DNA from: Callorhinchus milii
Lineage: Eukaryota
Direction of reading: 5' to 3'
DNA: 64,000 nucleotides
NCBI RefSeq assembly: GCF_018977255.1
Contig: NW_024704742.1
Location: forward strand, 14,758,001 to 14,822,000
Below the pieces are notes generated by a model. That model did not search any database and was not told where the DNA came from. It saw nothing but the letters and a program-made list of their open reading frames with translations. This document shows positions 50,395 through 64,000 of this stretch, one piece after another. The number at the start of each line of letters is the position of its first letter. Position 1 is the stretch's first letter. The position numbers and the translations under genes are program-made.

Positions 50395-51322
50395 ATAATA
50401 ATAATCCTTGCATTTGATATAGCACTTTCACGTCTTCTCGACGTCTCAAAGCACTTCACAGAATACGCTGTAAAGTATTCTTTACATTTGTGGGCAAAAC
50501 GAGGCAGCCAATTGCACACAGCAGTGTCCCACAAACAGTTGTGGATTGAACATAAGAACATACGAACATAAGAATTAGGAGCAGGAGTAGGCCATTCGGC
50601 CCATCGAGACTGCCCCACCATTCGATAAGATCATAGCTGAACTTCAGACCTAATTCTAATTACCTGCCCTATCCCCATATCCCCTAATCCCTCTGTTTTT
50701 TAAAAATCTATCAGTCTCAGCCTTGAAGATGTTCAAGGACTGAGCATCTACAGCCTTCTGGGGTATTGAATTCCATAAATTCACTACCCTCTGAGTGAAG
50801 AAATGTTTCCTCAACTCTGTTCTAAAAGGCTGACCCTTAATTTTAAGCGCCTTGGGACATCCTCCCGATGTGAAAGGCGCTCTATAAATGGAATCTTGTT
50901 GTTGTTGTTGTTCATTTTAAGACTGTGACCCCGGTTATAGATTCTCCTACCAGGGGAAACAGACCCTCAGTGTCTACTTTATCCAGCCCTTTTAGGATCT
51001 TATATGTTTCAATAAGATCTCCCCTAATTCTTCTATACTCTAGAGAATATAGCCCTAGTTTATTCAGCCTATCCTCATAGGTCAGTCCTCTCATCCCAGG
51101 AACTAATCGAGTGAATCTACGCTGCACCCCCTCTAGGGCAAGTATGTCCTTTTTTAAATAAGGAGACCAAAACTGGTCTGAAATTGAAAATGACCAATTT
51201 ATTATTGTTTTGTTTTTTGGAGGCATTATTATTAGGCATGTGGAGTAAGGAATCTTGTCCAAGATTTCGCCCTGCCTGGAATTGAACCCAGGTGTCTCGC
51301 TTGCACTGAGCTACAGGACTCC
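50395..51322 (-). mobile_element. Triple nest: SINE (-) split by CR1 3' fragment (50551-51182, -), itself split by an L2 tail (50848-50913, +)
   Basis: TSD ATTGAA at 50545-50550 and 51183-51188; TSD ATTTTAAG at 50840-50847 and 50914-50921. Confidence 0.9.
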
Positions 51323-52789
51323 GTACTTTGTAGACAAAAACTGTACTTTGTAGACAAAAACAGCAGCTGATTTGCCACAGCAATGTCACCACCAATAACC
51401 ATGAAGCCAATGATCAATTTTATCGGTGGGATTGTTGAGCGGGATATTGGGAGAAACTCATTTCTCTTTTCAAACCTGAACAGGCAGAGAAGACATCAAT
51501 TTAATATCTCATCCAAAGGATGACACCTCTGACTATGTGAGATACCCCAAGACTTCATTGGAGTTCAGAGTTCAGAGCTGGGGCTTGAACACACAACCTT
51601 TTGACTCATAGGCAAAAATGATACCAACTGAGCCAAGCTGACACACAATAACTGTTTTCAATTCTCTTTGGAGTTGAAAAGTCAAGACAATGGAGCTAAA
51701 CAGACAGCTCTCAAAGCTACAAACACGAGGGCATACATGACATTCTTTTGCACTGTAAAATTCTATGAATCTATAGAGTATATTCACATTGGTAATTGAC
51801 ACTATGATGTGTATCATGCTGGATTTCTAAAGTTTTTTAATGAGTCCAAGCTGCCAAAAATGGTGAGGAGGAGGGGAATCCCTTCTAATAACTGGAAATA
51901 ACTGGACTTGTGTGAACTTTGCTTTAACTTGATTTACCTCTGGAGTGGGGTAGAGCTCTCACAGCACAGCAGGATTTCTATCTGAACTCTTTGTTTAGAA
52001 ATATCACATTTTCAATCCCATTGTTTCATTTTTTTGAAAATCAGAACAATTCAATATAGGTAATTGAAAATGGCTATAACTAGCACACTCCTATAATCTC
52101 ACTCTGATAATTACACCTATTATTCTTTCTTGGTGTCCCAAGAATCCAGCCATTGACTTACTGACAATGCACCACATTTAATAATCTTTGCATTTGATAT
52201 AGCGCTTTTCACGTCGGGAGGACGTCCCAAAGCGCTTCACAGAACACACTGTAAAGTGAATTGACTGTATATTTGTGGGCTACCATGACTTAAGATGTAC
52301 AACAACATACATCTCATTGATGAGTGCAGCAATTCGAATAGCTTGTGTGACTCTGAAGTCCCAATGATTGCCCTCTTCCCAAAACAACCATGAAATCACA
52401 AAGTGAAGAGAACAGATGGACAATGTAGTGTGGACCATCTGGCTGGTTCTCCAAACATGAACCAAATTAATGCCTGTGTCTATTACGCTGCCAGGGCATA
52501 GTCAAAACTGCATTGACCAGAGCATTTTAAATAACCCACTCAGCCAGTCATCATATGAGAAAAGGCCACATTTCAATGTGAAAGCCTGGTACGATTGGGA
52601 CTTGGTAAGATTTGGGAGCAGATGGATCAACTGCAAAATACTGGTCTCATCCATCCCTTAATTCCTGTTCTCTTATGATCAAACATGTCACTGAGACAAG
52701 AGGAAATTGGGATCTTAAGCAATTTGCGCTCATTATCCCAATTACTACAACTTTATTACAAAAGAATATGTTCACAGGACACAGAAAGA

Positions 52790-53185
52790 AGTCAGACCGT
52801 CGACTGTACTGTGAAATGGAGTGACTGTGCATTTTGTAAGTGAACACAGCAGTTGATTTTCACACACCAATGTACCCAAAACACCCTTAAAGTGAATGAT
52901 GAATTTTATCTGGGGAAATTTTAGTCAGGACCCTGAGGAGAAACTCTCTCCTCTTTTTGAATAGTGCCATGGGATCTGTAACATCCACTTGAACAGGCAG
53001 ATAGGAGCGTATTTTAATGTCTTATCTGAAGGACGGCACCTCCAACATTGCAACACCCCTCCACCTAGCACAGGATTGAAGGGTTAATATGGACTACATG
53101 AATTCAAAGTCCTGACATGAGCTTGACCCCATAACTGTCTGACTCAGGTGAGATTGCTTTCAATTGAGCCAACCTGACACCTGAC
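52790..53185 (-). mobile_element. Old long Deu-SINE
   Basis: Reverse core, body and head motifs. Confidence 0.7.
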
Positions 53186-55119
53186 TGAGGCAGCCTGACA
53201 CACAATTCTGTTTCTATTGGGAGCAATTTTGGCAGCAGGAGAGCGAGCACAACGCTTCACTAGTCAAAGCCTTGTCTTCCGCCAACTTTTCTCTCTTCTG
53301 TGCCCTCCCTCCCCACAATGACCAGTAGTACATCTGTTTAACTGATGCTTACATGGCACATCTCTAGAGATACAGCAAAATAAATGTGCTTGCACAAACA
53401 TTAACTTCCCATTGGAGCAACTGATGAAAATGATGCAGACAGGAATACTTAAGCCAGTCATTGTGGTTTCTCAGCTAAATATAGCATATTCATTAGGCTT
53501 TATGCCAGAGGTGTCAAACATATAGCCTGTGGGGTGATACTTGGCACCCTGCACATCAGTTTCTAAAATTGCATTGTTATACTGTACTGTACTGGAATTT
53601 TTGTTGAAACAAACCAATAGGGGGAGGCACTAGAGCAGATATTACTTTCATAGGGTAACATTGGAGCTAGGAATAGAGGGGTATCAGTGAGTTTAGGAGG
53701 GGCGGAAGCTCAGTTGGAGTATCAACATTGGTGTGGACTAGTTGGGCTGATTTGCTTGCTCCTGTGCTGTTTAGACAAAGCAATATAATTCTATGTAATG
53801 CCCTGTGACATTGAGTAATCCTGACCTGGGAAATCTGCGTCACCAGATATGAAATGGAAAGTTGTCCCTTTTCCAATGCACTCAACTTCTACATGCAAAG
53901 AGATGTTGCCAAGAATCAAACAGTTTTTGGCACAAGAGAATTAAGTATTCATAAGTTATATGCTGCATCTGCTCACTCTGTCACTCCCACTGTTCAGATT
54001 TAACTCCGTGTTTAGATCATCAGCACTGCATTTTAACTAAGTAAACTTATTGAATTCACTCTTCACTGAATGTTACACACCATTTAGTGAAACCAATTCT
54101 CATTTTGATTATTGCCTGAGAAATATAATCTTTCAAAGTATACAAGATGAGTGCTGGGAACAATGCTGCAAAGGGCATTAACTTGTCGCAATGCCAGCTC
54201 CTGTTTTTTCCATGCTAAAATAAAGCCACGTCTTATCATAGCTGGAAGAGAGGAGTCATTTCACTTTAATAAATAGATCATTTGCAGCTGTTTAAAGGTA
54301 GAGCCTGTAATACTGATTGTAGTTTTAGACCGTTTTCTGCTAATAAAGCTAAAGATATATAGATGTAAACATATAAAGATATAATGTTCAACACACAAAA
54401 AGAACATTAGCTAAGCAACAGAGATAGGAACACTTGGATTAGCTGTGGAAACTTTCATCAAATGTAAGTCATTCATATATTAGATAAACAGTAGTTTCAA
54501 AACAGTAGTTTCAGATATAGTTGTAGCATTTAGAAGTAGATAATTATTTGGGGATAATTATTTCAGCACTTTGGGACGTCCTCCCGACATGAAAGGCGCT
54601 CTATAAATGTAATTTTGTTGTTGTGTTGTTGTTGGGTTGAACAGGTTTGCAGGGCTCTGGGGAGAGAGCGATGGAATGGGTTTGATTTGGATAGCTCTTT
54701 TCAAAGAGTCGGCACAGACACGATGAGCCGAATGGCCTCCTTCTGTGCTGTATAATTATGTGATTTGCTGGCAGCTGATTTAGTTGGTAGTACTTTCACC
54801 TCTGAATCAGATATGTTGTGGGTTCAAGACACACATGGGAGATTTGAACTCACATACTCCAGTAAAAATGCTGAGGCAACTCTCAAGACCCTCCTCTTCG
54901 ACCGCTCCTTCGTCCACCCTCCTGCCCTCCCTGCCCTCCACCCCCCCAGTTTGGTTCCAAATCTCTGACTGCCCAGCGCCTTGGGATATTCTCCTGATGT
55001 GAAATGCACTATACAATTGTAATTTTGTATTTCACTGTATTTTTGCCTCAAAGTAGACAGACAGGTAACCAAGGGATTTTCTTCGAGTTTTCTTGCCAAC
55101 AAACCACCAGATAAAAAAA

Positions 55120-55290
55120 CATCGTTCATTCACTTCATGGCTGTTTGTGCGACATTGCTGTGCGCAATTGGCTGCCGCGTTCGCCCACAAATATACAGTC
55201 AATTCACTTTACAGTGTGTTCTGTGAAGCGCTTTGGGACGTCCTCCTGACGTGAAAAGCGCTATATCAAATGCAAGGATTATTATTATTA
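55120..55290 (+). mobile_element. Young SINE 3' half
   Basis: Deu core and young tail. Confidence 0.85.
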
Positions 55291-57124
55291 TATATTCCCA
55301 CAATTGTAGTGTCATTATACTTCACACAAAATGCTTTGAAGTATTTAGAGATATTGTGATGTGTTAAGACACTATTTCAAATGCAAGCATTATTAATATA
55401 AAATCAGCACCTTCAAACAGTATAGAGTTATTCACAAAATTATAGTTCAAACAGAATGTGAATTGTTCTATTCAGTCTATTCATCAGAGGGTGGTTGAGG
55501 CAGGACATTTCACCAATTTCTGCCCCTATGGAACTTCATTGCACATCCGCTTTGCCTTGCTCCCTCCCTTGCCTCCTTCAAGGCATATCTCAAAACCCTC
55601 CTCTTCGACCGAATCAAGTAAAAGCCTCAGCCATTGCCAGAACCAGAGAGATTAATAACCAACCAACAACAACAAATGCAGAGTGATCAGCAGAGAAGTA
55701 GATTGAGCCAACATTAGAGTCATGTCATGAAAAAATAAACACTAATGCTCATAATGGGTTTGCTGACTGAAATAGATTGAAATATTTATATGGGAAAAAA
55801 ATAATTAGGCTGGCTGAAATGTTTCTTTACTTAAAACTTGCTGAGACTGAATGCAGAATTCAACAAAATTGGAGTTTGTGCAACAAATATTTTTTATTTT
55901 TTTAGGCCTCCCTTTATAGGCAAACATGACATCTAATTTGTGCCACGAACAACAATGAGATCAGCAGCCAATTTATAGAATTACATAAACTGAACAGCAC
56001 GGATCCAGCCAACTCAGTCCAACTAGTCTGTGCTAGTGTTTAAAGTCCACATGAGCTTACACCCATTCCTTACTCCCACTCGTACCCTCCTATTCCCTTC
56101 TACCTCATGAGTATATCTAGCTTCCTCTTAAATGAATGATAATCACATTTGAATTTGAGGTGAATTTGGAAAGGGGAAGTGTGTGTAGGTGGAAGGTAGA
56201 ATTCTGATGCCTGGTTTCCCAATTTAATGAAACAGACACAATCAAGGAAGAAATTAAACACTGGATTATTAATTCTCAATGCTACTGGAGGAAAATAATT
56301 TATTGTCTGTGAAAAATACAGACATTCCATAAGGGAGATGAATCCCAGAGATGCAAACACATGACATATACCAAATAAATAAAAAAAAATTGGTTATTCA
56401 ATCCACGACTGTTTGTGGGACAATTGTCTGCCGAGTTTCGCCCACAAAATATACAATCAATTCACTTTACAGTATATTCTGTGAAGCGTTTTGAGACGTT
56501 TCAAAGATGTGATAAGGCGCCATATCAAATGCAAGGATTAAGGATTGTTATGTTATCCAACCTCACATTTAGGGTTGATTGTACCCCTACTTAGAATTGC
56601 TGACATGTAAAATGTGCTCAGTGAAGTGAATAGAACAAGCTGTGGTTGCTTAAAAGCAGTCATCTGAATAGTCTTACCTTGTGTGACATTGAACAAGACT
56701 GAGCAGCATTGTTAGTTGCAAAGTCTCCAAGGACATGGTCATGGTGTGCTGGTCTTGTGACAAGCACTCAAGCACTGCCAGTACCAGACCACGGGTACAG
56801 ACTCACGTTTATTGGAGAGTGATTTGCCTCATGTTTTCCTTTGTGAATATTGATTTATGTATTAATTTATGGAGCCCCTGGATAAACAGTAATCACTACC
56901 TCTGATCTTGTTATGACAATTTTTTTATATACATCTATGCAATAAGTAAATACTGCTGTTAAATATAAGACCTTTGAGAGTCCCTTTTTTATATTTGTTA
57001 CTTTTAATATTTTTATTCTATTAAATTCCATTTCATGGTGGCTGCGTTGTCAACACAAACAATACATCAGCCCTTCAACACTAAAACTCCTTGCCCTTGG
57101 CTCCACAGCTCTGCCTTTCTATAT

Positions 57125-57990
57125 ACACAAAAAGTTAGTATGCAGATACAGCAAGCAACTAGGAAGGCTAATGCCATGTTGGCGTTCATTGCAAAAGAGT
57201 TAGAGTACAAGAGTAGGGAAGTCTTGCTGCAGTTGTATGTGGCCTTGGTGAGACCACACCTAGAATATTGCGTGCAGTTTTGGGCTTCTTATTTAAGAAA
57301 GGATGTACTCGCCTTAGAGGGGGTGCAGCGTACAACAACAACAAGATTCCATTTATAGAGTGCCTTTCACATCAGGAGGACGTCCCAGGCGCTGTACAGT
57401 TGGGTCAGGACCCGAGCAGGGGGGAAATGGTCAGGGTGAGGGAAGGGAAGGGAGGGAGCGAGGAGGGGGTAGAGAGTCGAGAGGGGAGCCGAAGGCTCGG
57501 TCAAAGAGAAAGGTCTTGAGATTCACTAGGTTAGTTCCTGGGATAAGGGGGTTGACCTATAAGGATAGGTTGAGTAAACTAGGCCTATATTCTCTAGAAT
57601 ATAGAAGAATTAGAGGTGATCTTATAGAAACCTATAAGATTCTTAAGGGTCTTGACAGGGTAGATACCATGAGATTGTTTCCCCTGGTTAGAGAATCTAA
57701 ACTAGGGGACATAGTCTCAAGGTTAAGGGTCAGCCTTTTCGAACTGAGTTGAGGAAACATTTCTTCACTCAGAGGGTAGTGAATTTGTGGAATTCTCTAC
57801 CCCAGAAGCTATGGATGCTCAGTCCTTGAACATATTCAAGCCAAAGGTTGATAGATTTCTAAAGGATAGAGGGATTAAGGGATATAGTGATAGGGCAGGT
57901 AAATGGAATTAGGTTAGAAGATCAGCCATGATCTTATTAAATGGCGGGGCAGGCTCGAGGGGCAGAATGGTCTACTCCTGCTGCTACGTC
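57125..57990 (+). mobile_element. CR1 3' fragment with nested antisense L2 3' end (57333-57518)
   Basis: KANAMLAFI..LVRPHLEYCVQFW..EGVQR|insert|RFTRLVPG; insert begins with (caa)n-gattccatttat. Confidence 0.92.
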
Positions 57991-58520
57991 TTATGGTCTC
58001 ATGGTCTTATACCAGCCTATGGGTTTCAGAGCATTATGAGGAACAGAATATATGAAGGAAAGAGAAAGCGAAAATAACTTTTTTTGCATAAAAACAGGAT
58101 AAAAGTTCCATTTGATTAACCTTTGGGAAAAAATGACTTTTTCTACAATTGCTCCCGGTACATGTAAATCCAGTGGCACTTTTGTCAACTCCCTCACCCC
58201 CCACTCTGTTTCTCTCTCTCTCACTCTCTCCTGCTATATCGATCACAAACCGCAATAATGACTGGAGGGATGATGGATAAGCTGGGCCGAAAACGTGACA
58301 TTTCAATAACTTATTATTTGAAGCTATGTAGTTGTGTTTGTCCCTCACTAAGGCTGTGAATGAGCGACTAGTTTTAAATTGGATCAGGACTTTGTATATG
58401 ACCCTGGGTCTTATCTTGTTCCTCTGACCTAGCTCCCATCATATTGCTCGCTATCACAGCTCTACAGTTAAGATGGTCTGATGGACTTTCTAAAGTTGCT
58501 TGTCTGGCCTTGGGTCTATC

Positions 58521-58660
58521 ATGGAGTCCCGTAGTGTAATGGTTAGCACGCTTGCCTCGCAAGCAAAAGGACCTGGGTTTGAATCCCGGGGAGGGCGAAA
58601 CCTTAGGCAAGTTTCCTTACTCCACACACTTGCCTCTGTTTACCTAGCAGTGAGTTGTTA
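58521..58660 (+). mobile_element. SINE tRNA-like head variant
   Basis: gtagtgtaatggttagcacg..gggtttgaatccc followed by SINE body aagtttccttactcc. Confidence 0.75.
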
Positions 58661-59505
58661 GTAGTGCAGTAGACAGGGCCTTTTATATAAAAACACCAGC
58701 AGTCTGCAGGTTAAATATATTAACTGAATGTGCATTCAATATTGGGGACAGTACATTAGCGGCTTCTAAAGAATCTTCATATTATTTATTTTGGCAAATT
58801 GTCATTCCATTGAATGTTAGATAATGGAAGAATATTCCCTGTTCTACGCCAGACACAAAGAAAACAAAGAATTTAGAGGATTAAGCAGAAAAGGTAATGG
58901 ACGCCAAGCCACCCTTCAGAACTGTCCAATTTGGAGCAAGCTATGGGGTCATATGCACATAGCACTCACTCACTGGGTCATCCAAAAATGGGAGCAAGCA
59001 AAAAAGAAAGTTAGTTTAAACTATCTACAAAGATTTACTGAATTTAAACGATTGTGTAAACAGGACACATGCCAGGGATTGATAAATTGCAGAAGATAAG
59101 TTCTTTGTGTGCTATAGTGTGTGTGCGTGATACAGTCAGATTAGAATTTTTTCAAGTTTCTTTTTTTCCCTGACATGTCCTCCCTATAAGAAGCTTAATA
59201 TGAATAATCTGATGATTTAGACTATAAAAGGGTTCAGGGTACTCCATTTGCACCAATGTTAAATAATCAATGTAGTTCAGCAAATGGTTCAATAGCCTTC
59301 AACATGTTTTGTCGACTCAGGTCTGGATTCCAAGGTTATGCAAACACTAGAGAAAACATTATACCACAGTGGATAAAGTGTGTGTATTATAGTATCATGT
59401 TTTGAAAAAAGATGAGATTATTTTTGGCAGTGGGCTCCACAATTTTATTGATGTTCTTCAACAATTTATTACTTTTTGAACATGAGAAAATCTCAGAACT
59501 TGCTT

Positions 59506-59600
59506 TTGACGGTAAATATACTGACGGTAAATATACTGACTGTAAGTATACGGATGGTAAATATATTAATGGTAAATATACTGACAGGAAAATTTACTGT
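59506..59600. repeat. 15-bp minisatellite (GGTAAATATACTGAC), about 5-6 copies
   Basis: Direct reading; produces the DGKYT repeat in ORF 59412..59657. Confidence 0.9.
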
Positions 59601-62600
59601 AATTGTCAAGGAAGTGCTTCTTCTCCTGGAAGAATTAATCTTAATTTTTGGCATTGATACATCACTAAATAACAAAATGTGTGATTAAAAATGTTATCGG
59701 GGAGCTGCAAGAGGATGATTCCATTTACCTGGAGTGGGTAGAGTGACTGTGGTAGTTGTCAAACATTCCTTATTTAACACCAGGAACACTTTCGTAAGAC
59801 TGCAAATGTTACCCATGTTTCTTTGACAGATCATGGTTCATACCCAATTCTTAAGTCAAAACCTATTTGCTTCACACAGTAGCTGTTTCCTGAAGTATCT
59901 GAACAATTGCTGCATCAGTCACATCTGCTTTCAATGCAAGAAATGGTTCTTTATTCTTAACATAACTAATATATTTTTCCTGGAAATTAAAGTGGTCAGT
60001 TAGTTTTAATACAAGTTTATTTAAATATAAAACATCTTTCAGTTTTATTCAAATCAGCCCACAATGATATGAACAGGCACTTGAGAATGAAAAGTGGTTT
60101 TGTTTGGCATTTTGCTATCAAATGCCTTTCATCAGTCCTGTGCTTGCAGTAAAGGGTGAATTATCCACGTGACATGGGGAAGTTGCACCGTCTCCAGATC
60201 ATTTGTTTCAAACCAACTCAAAATTAAAATAAAAAAAGGCATCCACAAGAGTTCAACAGCTTTTATTTCTCAAATAAAAAACAATGTTTGTGTAAATCTT
60301 TAAAGTGGATATAATTAGTGCTACAAATGCAAGTAGAACATACAACACAAAACTTCATCCACAAAACAGTGACACACTTTACAGTATGTCCTGTTAAATG
60401 CTTTGAGACGTCTCAATGAGGTGATAAGGCGCGATACCAAATGCAAAGATCATTATTATAACTTGCACTTTATGTAATGCTTTTCATGTGTAGGATAAAT
60501 ATCTCAAATCACTTGAGGTCTCTCTCAACTGGTCAGATTGTGGGCACAAACTGCAATACAGAATTGGGTTACTGGGTTTCTAAGGGAACAAATACCATGT
60601 CTCCACTACTGCACATCCTGTGATTATCTTTTTTTTCCCAATGAATGAATGAATTAAGCAATCCAGAGCAATGTCATTTCCCATTCTCCAGCACACTGAT
60701 GAGAAATGGTGGTTTCCTATAATGAGGGGATGGACTTTGAGAACTCAGGCTCTGATCTCTGGTGTTGCTCATTCCATCAGTTAAATCCAAGGATTATTAA
60801 TGTTATTGTTACTTTGTAGATTAAATTTTTTTGTGGCAAAAGAAATTTGCAGCTGGTACATTTCGTGCCATAAATAATAATAATCCTTGCAATTGACATC
60901 GTGCTTATAATGTCAAAAAACACTAATGGGAAATTTCTGTGAAGTGCATTGACTGTTTATTTATAGGCAAACGCAACCACCAATTTGTATACAGCAGTGT
61001 TCTACAGACAACCATGTAGTCCATGACCTATTATTAATCTGGAGAAATGTCACTTGAAGACACCTTAAAAAACTCCCATTGATAGTTTTTTATTCTTCAA
61101 TACGGTCTTCATCTGAACAAAGGCAGGCAGAACCTTGGTCTAATTCAAGGGACAGCACCTCTGTCAATTGAGCATTCTGCTAAGTACTGAGCTGGAATGT
61201 CAGCCCAAAGCATGCTGCCAAATCCAAATATGGGTCTTGAAGCCCCAAGATCATAATCCAGAGATGTAAGTGGTAACAATCGAGCTAAAATGACCCATTT
61301 TCAAACCGTGCAATTTGTTATCAGGGGACCTATTTAATACTAAATTGTGACTTTCCAAATAAATAAAAAATGTAAAATCTCCCCATTATCATTTTCCCCC
61401 ATGCTTGCAAAGATATCCTGTTGTCCACTTTAAAATAAATATTTCTTCTTCTTGTTGCCTTGCTTTCAAGCACTTTGGGACTCTACCCTGCATGAGGGGC
61501 ACTATATAAATGCACGTTGTTGTTGTTGTTTATCGTTGCTTCACAATGTTTGGCTATGGTGATAAATGAGTCATCTAAAGCCATAGTTTCTTTCAACTTC
61601 TTCTTCTGTAAGTTTTATTTCAGCATTGTGTTTTTTTTGCTGGTCAGGCATTCAGCATCTCTGCCCCCACACTCTGGAACTGTATCCCGCAATCCCTCCA
61701 CCTCACCCCCTCTATTGCCTCCTTCAAGTCCTGTCTGAAGGTTTCCTTCTTCGTACGAACCGTCAGCCACCCTCCCAACCCCACCCCCCTGCCCTCCTCC
61801 CCTTCTGACCCCAACTCCCAACTTGAGTCCCAAACCCCTGGTTGTCCAGTGCCCTGGGACGTTTTTCCGACATGAAGCGTGCTATACACATGTACATTGT
61901 TGTTGTTTTTAATGTAATCTGACTAACACTTATCAGATAGATATAAATATTTTACATCCTTCTGAATCACCATGACCTACAACAATTGGAAGAAGTGTCC
62001 CTCGGTTTTATATAGTAAATTCATTTGTCTGGTCTGTGTTCATTGGGAAGGTATAGAATTGTACTGACATTAGATTATTACCTGTGGATTATATAGGTTA
62101 TCGTAAGTTGCTAACAATGCCCAAATCTCTTCCGTTCACTAACAGATCAAGACCTCAAACTGGAACCGAACAGATATGCAAGACCATTCACGAATACATT
62201 CTGAAATAAACAAATACTCTTAACATTTACTCTGCCAAGAAATCCAAAAAATGCTGGCGGTTTAAATATTTCAGCTGGCTTTCATTTCTGATGTTACGGA
62301 AAATATATCTTGAGAGTACTTTAATTTTTAAACCTCCTACATCCAAAGATAATTGCCAGCAGGGTTTATTTAATAAAATGAATTTAAAAAAAAGAACAAA
62401 ACTGATTTTCCTTGCACTTTTGCCCTGCTTTTAGATTACCATTGTACCTTGACAACTAATATTATTGTATTTAATTTAATCTCCCCCAATGTGATCGTAT
62501 AATACCTTTAGACTTTACTCCCAACAACCATTGCAAAGTATTAGACAGCTTAAACTCATAACCAGAACACTTTAAGGTACCATATCCAATGACAGTTTTA

Positions 62601-63588
62601 CTGTATAAATGTTTACATAATTTGGTGTCTTTACAATTTACAATGTATATAAGACCAGTTTATCGGGTGCAAATTACAGAGTGCAGTTCACTGATTCAGT
62701 AAACTATGTGCTGACTTCCATGGCATCTTTATAAGATATTTTACAGACCATTTTAAACAATGTTGGAAATTTTATTCCAGGGGCAAATTGCCAGAGCTGT
62801 ACTTCAGCCCGCAAAATATTCTATTGTGGTGGATATCCAAGCAACATTTTTTTCATATGCGCAGAATAGTTTAAGCCCAGTAATCCATTAAACCCAAACA
62901 ACGATCTATGACATCGACTAAGAAACCGGATATTTGATGGTACTGCTATGTTGGCCCTAAAAATTCTTAAATGGGTGTGACTTTTGCCTTGGCTGACAAA
63001 CTTATACGAATGATACAGGACATCACCTATGTTGGAACAGTACAAGAGAAGGTCAGATAGATCACGAATTGTAGTTGCGTAAGCTTGACTTTTAAAAGTC
63101 TATGGATTGTAAATCGACACTGGGAGAGGGAAGGAGATCCACAATCTTGAAGCCCATGGTAACTATGAGATACAGCGCGAAATGGTGTGATGAGTTTTGA
63201 ATTCATTATAGTGAGGAATTGGGGAGGAGGAAGATGAATAGGTTTAGAGGAGCCGTGAGCAGAGTATAAAATAATAGTGAAAAGAAAAAATACTATGTAG
63301 AAAGAAGTGAGAGAGAGAGAAAGAGAAGGAAGGAAGGGGGAGGAATGAAGGCAAGGAAGAGAGGAAGGGAAGAGAGGAAGAGTTTCTGAAAAAAAGACCA
63401 CGTATTGGATGATGATCTTTTTCTTGTATTAAGTGCAGGAGTGGAAGAGAGGTACTCAAAGAGCTTCCCGATGGCATAGAATCTTTAGAATCATAGAAAC
63501 ATACAGCGCAGAGCAAGGTCATTTGGCTCATCAAATCTGCCCTTGGCTCTCAGAGCTCAATGTTCATTCAATCTCACTACCCGCCCGT

Positions 63589-63920
63589 GTGGAGTCCTGT
63601 AGCTCAGTGGTTAGAGCACTCGCTTTGCAAGTGAGAGACCTGAGTTCAATTCCAGGCAGGGCGAAACCTTGGGCAAGTTTCCTTACTCCACACGCCTAAT
63701 AATAATCCCTCCAAAAAACTAAAAACAATAATAAATTGGTCATTTTCAATCTACAACTGTTTGTGGGACATTGTTGTGCGCAATTGGCTGCCGCGTTCGC
63801 TCACAAATATACAGTCAATTCACTTTACAGTGTGTTCTGTGAAGTGCTTTGGGACGTCCTCCTGACGTGAAAAGTGCTATATTAAATGCAAGAATTATTA
63901 TTATTATATTATTATTATTT
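63589..63920 (+). mobile_element. Full-length young SINE
   Basis: Same family as 16521 and 26452. Confidence 0.93.
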
Positions 63921-64000
63921 CCATGTATTCAAATCACGAACAGATTTGAGTTTCATAGAAAATTTGGATAAATTAGAGGGAAAAGATATTTGGCATGAAA

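Noticed and set aside
53507..53555. cagaggtgtcaaac resembling a hAT/Charlie terminus
   Set aside because: No matching opposite terminus or TSD found.
59412..59688. ORFs with DGKYT / TVNIL repeats
   Set aside because: Artefact of a 15-bp minisatellite.

Overview
AT-rich, repeat-dense vertebrate DNA. The repeats (tRNA-headed Deu-core SINEs with L2-type tails, young L2, CR1) suggest a cartilaginous fish, possibly a chimaera; this is inference. I can support one intact gene: the 4-exon intestinal fatty acid-binding protein fabp2 on the minus strand (CDS 5254->99, 132 aa, canonical GT-AG introns), with a compact upstream cluster of TATA-like, GATA, HNF4/DR1 and CDX-like sites. The most interesting hidden signal is a heavily decayed, apparently single-coding-exon Toll-like receptor pseudogene at about 24.9-28.85 kb on the minus strand. 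Its signal peptide, LRRs, LRR-CT, TM and TIR remnants are in the correct order and resemble the TLR11 family (TLR13/21/22-like). The ORF track shows only scraps of it. The rest of the window is transposon debris: an internally deleted bipartite CR1, repeated SINE<CR1<L2 nesting, an L2 that keeps its 5' end fused to an inverted 3' piece, a ~350-bp long-range inverted repeat, hairpin MITEs and an unclassified ~330-bp repeat family. No PDE5A or other coding exons were recognised in 31-64 kb. Repeat boundaries were read by eye and are approximate.
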